The notes beneath the pieces were generated by a model. It saw only the letters and a list, made by a program, of their open reading frames with translations. It ran no database searches and had not been told where the DNA came from. This document shows, in pieces, positions 19,722 through 29,465 of a stretch of 64,000 nt of DNA. The DNA lies in contig PWTK01000105.1 in assembly GCA_003563895.1 (NCBI GenBank), positions 15,129-79,128 on the forward strand. The letters are read 5' to 3'. The position numbers and the translations under genes were made by a program. Numbering within the stretch: position 1 is the stretch's first letter; every line of letters begins with the position of its first letter. This DNA is from Syntrophomonadaceae bacterium (GTDB lineage: Bacteria; Bacillota; Dethiobacteria; DTU022; UBA8154).

Positions 19722-20573
19722 CTAACCACCCAACTCCCTGCCCCTCTGGGCTGCATTTTTAACAGCCTTGATCAGGGCGGCCCTGATGCCGCCTTCTTCC
19801 ATGGCCAGCAGCCCGGCGCTGGTGGTGCCGCCGGGAGAGGTTACCCGGTTTTTTAGCTCAGCGGGATGTTCTTCGCCCTCCAGGTACATGCGGGCGGCCC
19901 CCAGGACGGTTTGGGCGGCCAAAAGCATGGATTCCTGCCGGCTCAAACCGGCCTCAACCCCGCCGTCTGCGAGCGCTTCTATCATCAACAGCACATAGGC
20001 CGGCCCGCTGCCGCTCAAACCGGTAACGGCATCCATATGTTTTTCGTCCAACGTGATGGACCTTCCCACGGCTTCCATTAACCTCTTGATTTCCTGTTCT
20101 TCTTCGTCAGAAACGTCTTCCCCGCTGCTGATCACGCTCATCCCTTCCCCCACCAGGCAGGGAGTATTCGGCATCACCCTTGCAATCTTGAGCGGCCTGC
20201 CCAGCTGCTCCAGAAAAAAAGAAATCCGGATGCCGGCGGCAACAGAAACCAGGACATGGGTGGGCGACAGGCAGGGCTTCAGATCCTCCAGCAGCCCCCC
20301 CACATCCTGGGGTTTGACGGCGATAAATATGATGCGGGCATTTTCACAAAGTTTCTCCAGTGAAGCTGAGGGCACTGCGCCGATTCTTTGGGAGAGCTCT
20401 TCGACTTTGCTTTTTTCCTTGTCAAAAATTAAAACTTGTTCCGCTGTAAAAAGCTTTTTGTTGATAAGCCCTTCAACAATGGCCGTTCCCATCGTACCGC
20501 AGCCGATAAAACCGAGCAAGCCCCCAACCTCCCTTTGTAATGCATTCTGTTTTGTATAAAAATTATACCTCAA
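19722..20573 (-). CDS. proC: pyrroline-5-carboxylate reductase
   Basis: NADP-binding GFIGCGTMG motif. The true start is probably a TTG/GTG downstream of the annotated first Met. Confidence 0.85.
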   Translation of the reverse strand: MRYNFYTKQNALQREVGGLLGFIGCGTMGTAIVEGLINKKLFTAEQVLIFDKEKSKVEELSQRIGAVPSASLEKLCENARIIFIAVKPQDVGGLLEDLKPCLSPTHVLVSVAAGIRISFFLEQLGRPLKIARVMPNTPCLVGEGMSVISSGEDVSDEEEQEIKRLMEAVGRSITLDEKHMDAVTGLSGSGPAYVLLMIEALADGGVEAGLSRQESMLLAAQTVLGAARMYLEGEEHPAELKNRVTSPGGTTSAGLLAMEEGGIRAALIKAVKNAAQRGRELGG

Positions 20574-20759
20574 CCATCATTCCTTATTTTATTATAAAGG
20601 CCGGCTCAATGCAAGACAGAACTGGGATCGAAGCCGGTGAAGGAAAAATAACGGGCAGGAAGTCGGGCAAAAAGCACTCCCTGTTTCAGATTCATTCCAA
20701 GAAGCGGCAAGATGATTTCTTGACAAAGAATGGGCTATCGTTTAAAATTATACTTGCGC

Positions 20760-20835
20760 AGGGGAGTAGCTCAATTGGCAGAGCACCGGTCTCCAAAACC
20801 GGGGGCTGCGGGTTCAAGTCCTGTCTCCCCTGCCA
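20760..20835 (+). tRNA. tRNA-Trp (CCA)
   Basis: AGGGGAGTAGCTCAATTGGCAGAGCACCGGTCTCCAAAACCGG...CTCCCCTGCCA. Cloverleaf with anticodon loop CTCCAAA and an encoded CCA end. Confidence 0.9.
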
Positions 20836-20846
20836 CACGAACACAG

Positions 20847-20877
20847 AAGCCGTGGGAAACCACGGCTTTTTCTGTTG
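20847..20877 (+). terminator. Rho-independent terminator after tRNA-Trp
   Basis: AGCCGTGG-GAAA-CCACGGCT followed by TTTTTCTG. Confidence 0.7.
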
Positions 20878-21306
20878 GTTGGGGGGTTGACATATAAGGT
20901 CATTGGGGGCAATTGTGGGGACACCTCAAAAAATGGAACCTCCCAAAATGGTTTTCCGGGGACATGCAAAAATTAAACTCCCGATTTTCATTCAGCTCTG
21001 CCCCTTCCCTCCACGATCTACCTCATCATCGCTTCGAAAGCTTGCGCCCTGGCGATCTTGTAATCTGATTACCAGCTTATCAAGAACTCCATTTTACAAA
21101 CCTTGTGATATGCCGTTAAACAGATCATCAGCGCATAATCTTGTGAGGCCAATCTTGCTAGCCATGTTTTGAAAAACGTGTGTAGATTCCTGAAGATCAT
21201 GCGGGAAGAGCGCTCCTCAACCCGCAACCTTTTAAATACCCGCAAGCGGCAGTTTGTAACTGTCACTGTTCGACCCCTGAGACCTTAGAAAGCTGCCGCC
21301 CGTTGG

Positions 21307-22071
21307 CTAGCGGCTGCTTGATTCCTTCTTTTTCATCCGCTGGCGGCGCTTTTTCATCCTCTGGCGGCACTTTTCTGAGCAGTAATCCTTCCTGGGAAGC
21401 GGCACCGGTTTGTCGCAATCCTCCGCCATACAGATGGAAAGGTTCATAAAGGAAACTTCCTGGAATAGCCACTGTAAAAAGGCCGCAGCAAGCGCCCCGG
21501 GGGGATATATCGTTATCGTCGCCATCGGATGTACGATCCTGTCACGTTCCGGAATGGGCAGGGAGACCAGGGAACCGAAAAGATCCTCCACGATGTCGGT
21601 TACAGCCTCCCGTGCGGCAATTAACAGTTCATCATTGTTTTGAGGGTAACCATAATACAGGCTCCCGTCTTTGTTAAACCTTGGCCAGGAAGGCCATCTT
21701 ATGCAAATATCTGTCTCGTCCCCCCAAAGATAAATTAACTCCCCAATATTTCCGTGCTCGTCAACACTTTTTTGTTTGCCTTCTTTGAACAGTTCCCACA
21801 GCCTGGAAGTTTTTCGGGTTTTTATGTCGCGAACCATCCCTGTTATTTCGCGAAACCAGTTTAAATAATGCTTTATCAGCCGATAATCCTCTTCCCTCTC
21901 GCTGCTGAATTCATGAGACCGAAGGCGAAAAGTTCCGAGGCGGCCGTATTTCGCATAAAAAAGACGGATTGCTTTCTTGCTGTGCCTGTCAAAATCATCA
22001 GAAAGCTGCCGCACTTCTTTCCAAAAGCTCTCATTTCTTTCTGTTGGGTTAAACAGATCGGGGAAATGCAC
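21307..22071 (-). CDS. hypothetical protein with a C-terminal Cys-rich zinc-ribbon-like motif and a basic tail
   Basis: 254 aa, no family recognised. The C-terminus reads CMAEDCDKP...CSEKCRQRMKKRRQRMKKK. Confidence 0.5.
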   Translation of the reverse strand: MHFPDLFNPTERNESFWKEVRQLSDDFDRHSKKAIRLFYAKYGRLGTFRLRSHEFSSEREEDYRLIKHYLNWFREITGMVRDIKTRKTSRLWELFKEGKQKSVDEHGNIGELIYLWGDETDICIRWPSWPRFNKDGSLYYGYPQNNDELLIAAREAVTDIVEDLFGSLVSLPIPERDRIVHPMATITIYPPGALAAAFLQWLFQEVSFMNLSICMAEDCDKPVPLPRKDYCSEKCRQRMKKRRQRMKKKESSSR

Positions 22072-22226
22072 GTCAGCGTTTCTTTTAATGCATGTAATTA
22101 TGTTTCCGTCAAATGATATCTCTTCCCATGGAATGGGGAGATATGCAATTTGAACGTACAGACGGCCGATGCTTGCCAGTGCTGCCCCCTCCTCGTCCCT
22201 TTATTTTGTCCCCCTGCCGTCCCCTA

Positions 22227-23519
22227 TCAGCCGCTGTTATCATAACAGGCAGCAAACACTTCCAGGAAAGCCCTTTGCATGTCTTCTTTGTGTCCCAGGC
22301 AGTGGCAACCGCCGCACTGTGTTTTCAGGGCATGAATCAGCCCGGGGTGCTTGGCATAAATCAGTCGAAAGGCCTCGCCAACAGCGTTATCGGCAACCAT
22401 ATCGTTTTGAGCCAGCAAAAGCAGCGAATGATATACCCGCCTGGTCCTGCCGTATTCATCTCCTTGGCGCGGTGAATTGATCCCTTTGATAATGGAGGAA
22501 AGGGATTCTTTAAAAACATTTCCCACGGGATACGCGTGGTTCCCGCACGTGTAGACGATCCCCTCGTGATCCACAAAGAGGTCGCCGTGATATTTCCCGT
22601 GATCATAGGCGTCTTTCCTGCTCATAAAATGGGGGCACTTTAAATCGAACAGGCCCATCCCCGCTTTGTTTTCCAGCTTTTCGTCACCAATTATTGCTGC
22701 ATCTCCAATACGGGAGACGCCCAGCCGCCGCAAGAACAGCTTTCCCTTCTCGTTCCCATAAACCCCCGCATTTGGCGGCACTTTTTTTTCAAATCGCAAT
22801 CCGACCCGTCCCATCACATCCTCAAGAATTCGATTCGTCGGGTCGTCCCACAACCCGCTTGATGTGGCTGTTACCCTCAATTGATAACCGATGGCGTCCA
22901 ACTCATGCCTTTTTCCAAGGCCTTCTTCCAGGCATGTGCCGATGGCTTTCGAGACAACTGCGGCCGGTACGGAATTGGCAACATTTTCATTTGGGCTTTT
23001 TAGGGTGGTGTGGTTGCTGTCGACGCTGAAATATATCCGCACGAGGCCCGCTTCCTTTAAAGAGCGCACAATTTCCCCGGCTGTGCTGTCGAACAGGCCG
23101 GCCCGTTCAAGTATTTCCCGGTTCAACGCTTTGTATTCCCCGTGAGCCCCCATAAGCCCCCCGTTGGTCAGCACGGTAGGGATCAAACCCTTGGAGCATG
23201 AGTATTCGATAAGTTCTAACAAGCTTTTATACTCAATGAATGGTTCCCCCCCTGTCCAGTATGTCCCCACCATTCCCAGGGCAGAGGCTTCGTCTACCAG
23301 CGCCCTCATTTTATCGATGGTGAGCAGGCGCTGCCGGGGTTTTCGGGATCTGGTGGTTTGATTGAGACAAAACTGGCAGTCATTATTGCAGTCGTGGGTC
23401 AGGGAGATTTTAAGCTGTGCTGTTGGTCGAAAAATGTCACCCAATTTGCTTGCACTCCAGTCGTTTTCCTTTTCGAAGTTTACATAAGCGTGAGAATAAC
23501 TCAGGCCCTTAAGTCTCAA
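22227..23519 (-). CDS. radical SAM protein with a C-terminal SPASM/twitch-like Cys-rich extension
   Basis: 430 aa. CNNDCQFC (CX3CX2C) near the N-terminus. Additional Cys clusters CPHFMS...CGNHAYP and CGGCHCLGH. The start codon is a TTG. Confidence 0.8.
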   Translation of the reverse strand: MRLKGLSYSHAYVNFEKENDWSASKLGDIFRPTAQLKISLTHDCNNDCQFCLNQTTRSRKPRQRLLTIDKMRALVDEASALGMVGTYWTGGEPFIEYKSLLELIEYSCSKGLIPTVLTNGGLMGAHGEYKALNREILERAGLFDSTAGEIVRSLKEAGLVRIYFSVDSNHTTLKSPNENVANSVPAAVVSKAIGTCLEEGLGKRHELDAIGYQLRVTATSSGLWDDPTNRILEDVMGRVGLRFEKKVPPNAGVYGNEKGKLFLRRLGVSRIGDAAIIGDEKLENKAGMGLFDLKCPHFMSRKDAYDHGKYHGDLFVDHEGIVYTCGNHAYPVGNVFKESLSSIIKGINSPRQGDEYGRTRRVYHSLLLLAQNDMVADNAVGEAFRLIYAKHPGLIHALKTQCGGCHCLGHKEDMQRAFLEVFAACYDNSG

Positions 23520-23570
23520 GTTCTTCGCAAATTTGGCAAAACCATTTCAAGCGATCGTGTGAACACCGAT

Positions 23571-23639
23571 GTTTACTTTGTTTAGAAGAGGTCATTTTGA
23601 GAACCGTATTTTATGGCACTGGCTATGTCCAGGTTGGGA
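23571..23639 (-). promoter_or_regulatory. conserved ~70-bp upstream element, copy 1 (shared with 33396-33464)
   Basis: About 85 % identical to a block upstream of asp23. It contains CATAAAATA preceded 17 nt upstream by AACC, which resembles a sporulation sigma-K-type promoter. It lies 50-120 nt upstream of the radical SAM start. Confidence 0.4.
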
Positions 23640-23991
23640 TTGCAAATATGATTTCACCCCGGTTGGTTTTCTCCTCCCCTTTGACCCCCCACCCCCTTTG
23701 CGCCACAGGGCCCGGATGGTTGTTGAAACGGCTGATCGTTGTGCAGGCCGAGAGGTATGACCAAAACGCTTTCCGTTTAGAATATTATTTCGTTAATCCA
23801 GGAGTTTTTCCTGCTCCAACATGATTCTAAAGAACTATTTCAGGCGGTTCTTTCTGCCGCCCGTTCTTCTCCTTATATATGTATTTAAAAATATTTTTCC
23901 GGCAAAAATATCTTTGCAGGAATTCGCTTGTATATAGAGAACTACTTTTTAATTAATAAAATTTATCCTATAAATAGAGAAGGTGAGTCAG

Positions 23992-25794
23992 ATGACCGTT
24001 AGTTATGTAAATGGAGAGCGAATCTATTACGCTTTTTTGGCCGGGTCCAGGCAGGTCGCCCGCTATAAAGACTTGTTGAACCGTATCAATGTTTTTCCTG
24101 TTTTCGACAGCGACACGGGCAATAATCTGTCTGCCACTTTGAACTACATGGTGGACAGCGTCAGGCCTTCTCCGTGCGCGGGCGAAACTGTCCGTTCACT
24201 GGCTGACGCTTCCTTGAACGGAGCCCGGGGCAACTCGGGCATCATTCTGGCCCAGTTCATTAACGGTCTGTCCCGGGAAATTGGCGATCAAAAGCGTCTC
24301 ACCACCCGCGCTTTCGGGGATTCCATGGTGCGTGCCGTGCCCTACGCGTACGGTGCTCTTTCCAGGCCGGTGGAAGGGACCATGCTGACGGTTCTCAGGG
24401 AGTGGGCAGAAGCGGTGAACAACTGGGGGAAAGAAACGAATGACTTCGGAGAAGTCCTCCTGAATTCCCTGGAACGGGCCCGGGTTTCCCTGAAAGATAC
24501 CCGGGAAAAGCTGAAGGTGCTGAAAGATGCAGCTGTGGTCGATGCCGGCGCCCAGGGTTTCGTTCTTTTCCTGGAAGGGGTCGCCGAATTATTCAAAACC
24601 GGGGATATTAAGTCCCTTATGCGGGAAAAAACCCCACCGCTGGCCCTGCAGGAGGAACCCCTGCTGGAGGGAATGCGTGGAGACATGGACTATCGTTTCT
24701 GTTCTGAAGCGCTTCTTACGGGAAAGAACATGGATCACCAGCTGGTCCGAAATACTGTTGAGCCGCTCGGTGACTCCTTTATTATCGCCGGAACCCCGGA
24801 AAAAGCCAAAATTCATATCCACACCAACCAGCCGGAGAAATTCTTTTTCAAATTGATCAGCTTCGGGTCTGTCATCAACCAGAAAGTCGACGATATGTTG
24901 AAACAGTACCAGGTCGTCCATGAACGCAGGCACGATATCGCCCTGGTGACGGATTCCATTGCCGATCTTCCCCAGGAAGTGATCGACAACCACCAGATCC
25001 ACGTGATCCCTGTTAACCTGGTAATCGAGGGGTCCAATTTTCTGGACAAAATCTCCGTCAAGCCCGACCAGATTTACTCCATCCTCGACCAGGTTAAAGA
25101 ATATCCCACCTCCTCCCAGCCTTCCTTAAATGCGGTGCAGCGGCAGCTGTCATTTTTGTGCAGCCACTACCAATCCGTCATCATGATCTCCGTTTCCAGG
25201 GAGTTGAGCGGCACCTGGAATGTATTTAAAAGCGCAGCCGAAACGCTGCAGGAGAAGGGGAAAAAGATTTCGGTCATCAACTCCAAGCTGAACTCGGGAG
25301 CCCAGGGTTTGCTGGTGATGGAGGCGGCGGAGCTGATTGCAGCCGGAAGGGAACACGATGAAATTGTGCGGATCATCGAGCAAATAATACCGACAATCAG
25401 GATCTTCGTCAGCGTAGCCACTTTTAAGTACATGGTGCGGGGAGGGCGGGTCAGCCCGATGAAGGGGTTCATCGCCAACCTGTTAAACGTAAAGCCCATA
25501 GTCTCCCTGGATGAAGAGGGGCGCGGCCTCGCTTTTGATAAAGCCTTAACCCAGCGGACCAACACGAATAAGATCCGGAACATTGTTAAGTCCATCCAGG
25601 ATGAGCGCTCCGTGAACAAATACTGTATCGTGCATGCAGGAGCCCCCGAGAAAGCTTTTTCTTACCAGCGGCTCTTTGCCCGGCTGCTGGGGAAGCAGCC
25701 GGAATACGTGGTGGAAATCTCCCCCATTGTGGCCTTAAGCGCCGGCCTGGGAGCGGTAGCCGTCTGCTTGATGGAAGATGCAGAAGCGGTATAA
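23992..25794 (+). CDS. DAK2/DhaL-domain plus DegV-domain fusion (FakA/YloV-like fatty-acid kinase subunit)
   Basis: N-terminal DhaL-like motif DSDTGNNL. The C-terminal half is DegV-like (IALVTDSIADLP). RBS GAAGGTGAG precedes the ATG at 23992; the track ORF begins at a GTG at 23983. Confidence 0.75.
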   Translation: MTVSYVNGERIYYAFLAGSRQVARYKDLLNRINVFPVFDSDTGNNLSATLNYMVDSVRPSPCAGETVRSLADASLNGARGNSGIILAQFINGLSREIGDQKRLTTRAFGDSMVRAVPYAYGALSRPVEGTMLTVLREWAEAVNNWGKETNDFGEVLLNSLERARVSLKDTREKLKVLKDAAVVDAGAQGFVLFLEGVAELFKTGDIKSLMREKTPPLALQEEPLLEGMRGDMDYRFCSEALLTGKNMDHQLVRNTVEPLGDSFIIAGTPEKAKIHIHTNQPEKFFFKLISFGSVINQKVDDMLKQYQVVHERRHDIALVTDSIADLPQEVIDNHQIHVIPVNLVIEGSNFLDKISVKPDQIYSILDQVKEYPTSSQPSLNAVQRQLSFLCSHYQSVIMISVSRELSGTWNVFKSAAETLQEKGKKISVINSKLNSGAQGLLVMEAAELIAAGREHDEIVRIIEQIIPTIRIFVSVATFKYMVRGGRVSPMKGFIANLLNVKPIVSLDEEGRGLAFDKALTQRTNTNKIRNIVKSIQDERSVNKYCIVHAGAPEKAFSYQRLFARLLGKQPEYVVEISPIVALSAGLGAVAVCLMEDAEAV

Positions 25795-25915
25795 ACTGCA
25801 CGGCGCAAACATTCCCCGGCATTCAGAAATATTCGGACCCTTTCGGACGTGATGGGACAAAGCTCCTGCACGGCAATGCAACATCTTCCAACGGAAACTT
25901 ACAATAATCATATAA

Positions 25916-26067
25916 CATGATTATCAACTTAACTCAGGGAATTCTTGTTGAGTGGCCCCCCAAATACAGCTTTTTAGCAGATCAAGGCCTTTTTGTAAGT
26001 GTGACTGTTTAAAACCTCTTTTTTGCGGGGCTCTTTCATTGTCATCCTGAGCAAACCCGATAGTCTG
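25916..26067 (-). mobile_element. MITE-like repeat, copy C (152 bp, inverted)
   Basis: Flanks ATCATATAA and ATAATATAA match at 8 of 9 positions. Confidence 0.85.
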
Positions 26068-26166
26068 ATAATATAATATGGCGTCTCCATTAACCCGGAA
26101 ACGCGGCATGTTCTTACCCCGAGAGAATATCTTGCAACGAGGCTCAATCAGGATGGGGGTAGTTGT

Positions 26167-26964
26167 GTGGTCGAACTTTTTTTGCAGGCAGCAGCAGTCG
26201 TTTTCATTTATTTCCTGGCCTTTTTCCTGGTAGCCCAGGTTATTCGAAACAATTCCATCGTGGACATGGGTTGGGGTGCCGGATTTGTCGTTGTGACAAT
26301 GGCAACCCTTTTCAGTCAGGGTGCCTTCGCCGAGAGAAATCTGGTCCTGGCTCTCCTGGTAACCATATGGGGCGGAAGGCTCACCTACCACATTGTCCGG
26401 CGGAACTGGGGCAAACCGGAAGATTTTCGCTACGCCAAATGGCGGGAAGAATGGGGCCGCTGGCTTGTGCCCCGGGCCTTTTTCCAGGTTTTCATGCTGC
26501 AAGGCGCGTTGATGCTGATCATCGCGTACCCCATTATCCTCATCAACGCTTTCCCGCAGCCGGGCCTACGCTACCTGGACTTTCTGGGGGTTTTGGTCTG
26601 GGTCATCGGCTTTTATTTTGAAGCCGTTGGGGACAAACAGTTGGCCCAATTCAAACAGGATCCGGCCAACAAGGGACATGTCATCAAAACAGGGCTCTGG
26701 AAATACACGCGCCATCCCAATTATTTCGGCGAGGCCACCATGTGGTGGGGCATATTTTTGCTGGCGCTCTCTGTGCCCACGGGATGGAGCGCTGTCATCA
26801 GCCCGCTGACCATTACGGGCATGCTGCTTTTTGTGTCAGGGGTGCCCATGCTGGAGAAAAAATACCAGGACAATGCCGAGTTCCAGGCCTATGCCCGCGT
26901 CACCAGCAAATTTTTCCCCTGGTTTCCCCGGAAGTCCTCTGGCCAGGAGGGAGGGAGCGATTGA
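26167..26964 (+). CDS. DUF1295-family membrane protein (steroid-5-alpha-reductase / ICMT-like fold)
   Basis: 265 aa, polytopic. Motif [15 protein letters not shown] is typical of DUF1295 and methyltransferase-like membrane enzymes. Confidence 0.7.
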   Translation: MVELFLQAAAVVFIYFLAFFLVAQVIRNNSIVDMGWGAGFVVVTMATLFSQGAFAERNLVLALLVTIWGGRLTYHIVRRNWGKPEDFRYAKWREEWGRWLVPRAFFQVFMLQGALMLIIAYPIILINAFPQPGLRYLDFLGVLVWVIGFYFEAVGDKQLAQFKQDPANKGHVIKTGLWKYTRHPNYFGEATMWWGIFLLALSVPTGWSAVISPLTITGMLLFVSGVPMLEKKYQDNAEFQAYARVTSKFFPWFPRKSSGQEGGSD

Positions 26965-27362
26965 TGCAGTTCATAAAGCTCTACCTGGTGGTGCTGGGAG
27001 CTTTTTTCCTGATCGACATGGTCTGGCTGGGCCTGGTGGCCAGAAATTTTTACCGGGACCAGCTGCGTTTTTTGATGAAAACAAATATAAACTGGGGCGC
27101 CGCCATTGTCTTTTACCTGCTTTTCGTGGCCGGGCTCGTCTATTTTGTGGTGTCTCCCTCCCTTACCGACGGAAGCTGGCTCACCGCGCTGCTGGCAGGG
27201 GCTTTTTTCGGCCTTGTCACTTATGCCACCTATGATTTAACCAACCTGGCAACCCTCAAGGACTGGCCCCTCAAGGTTACGCTGGTTGACCTCGCCTGGG
27301 GTGCCGTGCTCTCCGGAACTCTTTCTGCCATCGGTTTTTTCTACGGGAAAAATATGGCGTGA
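26964..27362 (+). CDS. DUF2177-like small membrane protein
   Basis: 132 aa with four hydrophobic helices. Its ATG overlaps the stop of the previous gene (ATGA), indicating co-transcription. Confidence 0.55.
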   Translation: MQFIKLYLVVLGAFFLIDMVWLGLVARNFYRDQLRFLMKTNINWGAAIVFYLLFVAGLVYFVVSPSLTDGSWLTALLAGAFFGLVTYATYDLTNLATLKDWPLKVTLVDLAWGAVLSGTLSAIGFFYGKNMA

Positions 27363-27818
27363 AGCCTTTGCGGTGAATCAGCCATTGCAAGATTTGTTAG
27401 TTTGTTTCTCGGTTCGCTGCATGCCGGATAAAATTTTTTTTGCCGCGCCTTCGCAGCTCCCCCCTTTGTCCCCGGGAGCAGACCGCTGTCACGAAAGCTG
27501 AGCCGGAAAGAGATCCGGAGTTTTGTTTGCCACAAAAATCCGGGTTGTTTAACAGGCATGAGCTCGCCTCTCAGGCAGCGCTCGTGTTTTTTTGTGGGAT
27601 CTAAAAAAAGGGGGGGGCGTCCTGCAGCCGGTGTTTTCTTTTCAGGGTAAGCAGCCGGCTTTTTAAAATAATCGCTGGAAGATATCGAGAGGATATGCTA
27701 TAATGGGTTAGCTATTTTAATTATTCACCGCGATACTCAGCCTTTATCCTCTATAATCGCATATTTCAGCCCTTAGATGCCATGCATCCTATTCTAAAAT
27801 TGGAACAGGGATGGAATC

Positions 27819-29465
27819 ATGAAAACCTCCACTACACACCAGGCAAAAAAGGCCTCTACGGCCATCAGTCGCTGCGGCATGATCTCTACGGCCTCAGCTG
27901 CTGCCACCGAGGCCGGCGTAAAAATGCTGAAGCTGGGAGGCAACGCTGTTGACGCTGCCGCAGCGGCTGCATTTTGCCTCGGAGTGACCGAACCCCAGGC
28001 ATCAGGGCTTGGGGGGCAAAGCATGATCCTGCTTTACCGCCAGGGAGCAGATCCGGAGGCCCTTACCCTGGACGGTTCATCGCGTGCCCCCTACGGCATT
28101 GATCCGCAGTATACGCCGGCCCAAAAGATAAAAGTGGGGATCCAGGCCACCACCGTTCCCTCCACACCGGCAGCGCTTGGCTATTTGTTGGAAACTTACG
28201 GCACCTTTCCTCTCGACCGCGTCCTGGAGCCAGCTATTGAAGCAGCGGAGAAAGGTTACAAAATTACGGCGCTCCAGCATCGGCTGCTGGCCCGCGAAGC
28301 CTCAAAGCTCCTGCAAGATGAACAGGTAAAGTCCGTTTTTTTCAAAAACGGCCAACCCCTGAACGCCAGGGAAACCGCTGTCCAGCCTCAACTTGCAGAC
28401 TGCCTGAAGCGCATCTCCAGGGAGGGGTGGCGGGATTTCTACGTGGGGGTGATTGCAAGAGAAATCATCAAGGATATGGAATGCCGGGGGGGCTTGATTT
28501 CCCAGGCCGACCTCAACCAGATCCCCTATCCCGTTCAGAGGGACGTTTTAAAGGGCTGCTACCGCGGCAGGGATGTTTACACCTTCCCACCGCCGGGAGC
28601 GGGGTGGGCGCTTGTCCATATCCTTAAGACCCTGGAGGCGTTCGAGCCATGGGAAGTGGTGCCGCCGTCACCCTTGGCGCCGTTAATTCTGGCAATGGTC
28701 TTCAGGGCCGCCCTGATGTGCCGGGAAAGGATGCCTGTAGACCCGGCGCTTTTTCCACAGGTTTCTCACGAATTGAAACTGGACAGGGCCAGCACCGAGC
28801 AGATCGCTGCCCGCATTCGTGCCGTTCTTTCCTACCGCGATAAAGAAAATTTTTCACCTCCCGGGGCAAGCGGGGAAACAACCCACCTTTCTGCAGCCGA
28901 TGCTTTCGGAAACACCGTAGCGATCACCCAGTCCATCGAGCTGTTGTTCGGCGCCAAGACCATGGCCCGAGGCCTGGGATTCTTTTACAATAATTATATG
29001 AGCGCCTTTCAGTACAAGGACATGATGCACCCCTTCTTTTTACTGCCCGGTGGGCGTCCGTGGAGCAGCGCAGCCCCCACCCTGCTCTTCCAGGACGGCC
29101 GGCCCTTCCTGGCCCTCGGCAGCCCGGGGAGCGAACGCATTTCAACATCACTGGCCCAGGTCATTACGCGGGTCGTGGATGCCGGGCAGGATCTGTGGGC
29201 AGCCATAGAGGCGCCGCGACTGCATGCGGGCAGTTCCGGGAAAGTGCTCATCGAAAAACGTTTTTCCCCGGAGGTAATGGATACCCTGCAGAGAGCAGGT
29301 TTCACGGTTACCACACGGGGAGCTTACAGTTATTTCCTGGGCTGCGTTCAGGCCGTGATGCTGCCGGAGCCCGGAAGAGACTTTTTTTACGGCGTCTCCG
29401 ATCCCCGACGGGACGGTGCTGCGGGAGGCCCCCAATACCTGGAGGAGGTTGAAAAGCAGAATTGA
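27819..29465 (+). CDS. ggt: gamma-glutamyltranspeptidase-family protein (no signal peptide, so predicted cytoplasmic)
   Basis: 548 aa. Autoprocessing/nucleophile region GETTHLSAADAFGNTVAITQSIE. Preceded by an extended -10 TGCTATAAT and an RBS AGGGATGG. Confidence 0.85.
   Translation: MKTSTTHQAKKASTAISRCGMISTASAAATEAGVKMLKLGGNAVDAAAAAAFCLGVTEPQASGLGGQSMILLYRQGADPEALTLDGSSRAPYGIDPQYTPAQKIKVGIQATTVPSTPAALGYLLETYGTFPLDRVLEPAIEAAEKGYKITALQHRLLAREASKLLQDEQVKSVFFKNGQPLNARETAVQPQLADCLKRISREGWRDFYVGVIAREIIKDMECRGGLISQADLNQIPYPVQRDVLKGCYRGRDVYTFPPPGAGWALVHILKTLEAFEPWEVVPPSPLAPLILAMVFRAALMCRERMPVDPALFPQVSHELKLDRASTEQIAARIRAVLSYRDKENFSPPGASGETTHLSAADAFGNTVAITQSIELLFGAKTMARGLGFFYNNYMSAFQYKDMMHPFFLLPGGRPWSSAAPTLLFQDGRPFLALGSPGSERISTSLAQVITRVVDAGQDLWAAIEAPRLHAGSSGKVLIEKRFSPEVMDTLQRAGFTVTTRGAYSYFLGCVQAVMLPEPGRDFFYGVSDPRRDGAAGGPQYLEEVEKQN

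Noticed and set aside
20836-21306. Integrase or att-site evidence for a genomic island at tRNA-Trp
   Set aside because: No integrase or recombinase ORF is present, and the tRNA 3' end is not duplicated anywhere in the window.
23520-23600. 28-aa Cys-containing minus-strand ORF (MTSSKQSKHRCSHDRLKWFCQICEELET) immediately upstream of the 430-aa radical SAM gene, as a possible RiPP precursor
   Set aside because: The corresponding position at the second radical SAM locus has no ATG and only weak similarity. It does not resemble SCIFF or other known precursor classes, and there is no RBS. It is noted as something to test but not called.
23597-23824. Small plus-strand ORFs (MRTVFYGTGYVQVG... and FLRPVFYGTGHVQVG...) covering the conserved 70-bp element at both loci
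   Set aside because: The similarity is at the DNA level. The frame is open in only one copy, and copy 2 hits a stop immediately after the conserved block. The element is better explained as a non-coding regulatory sequence.
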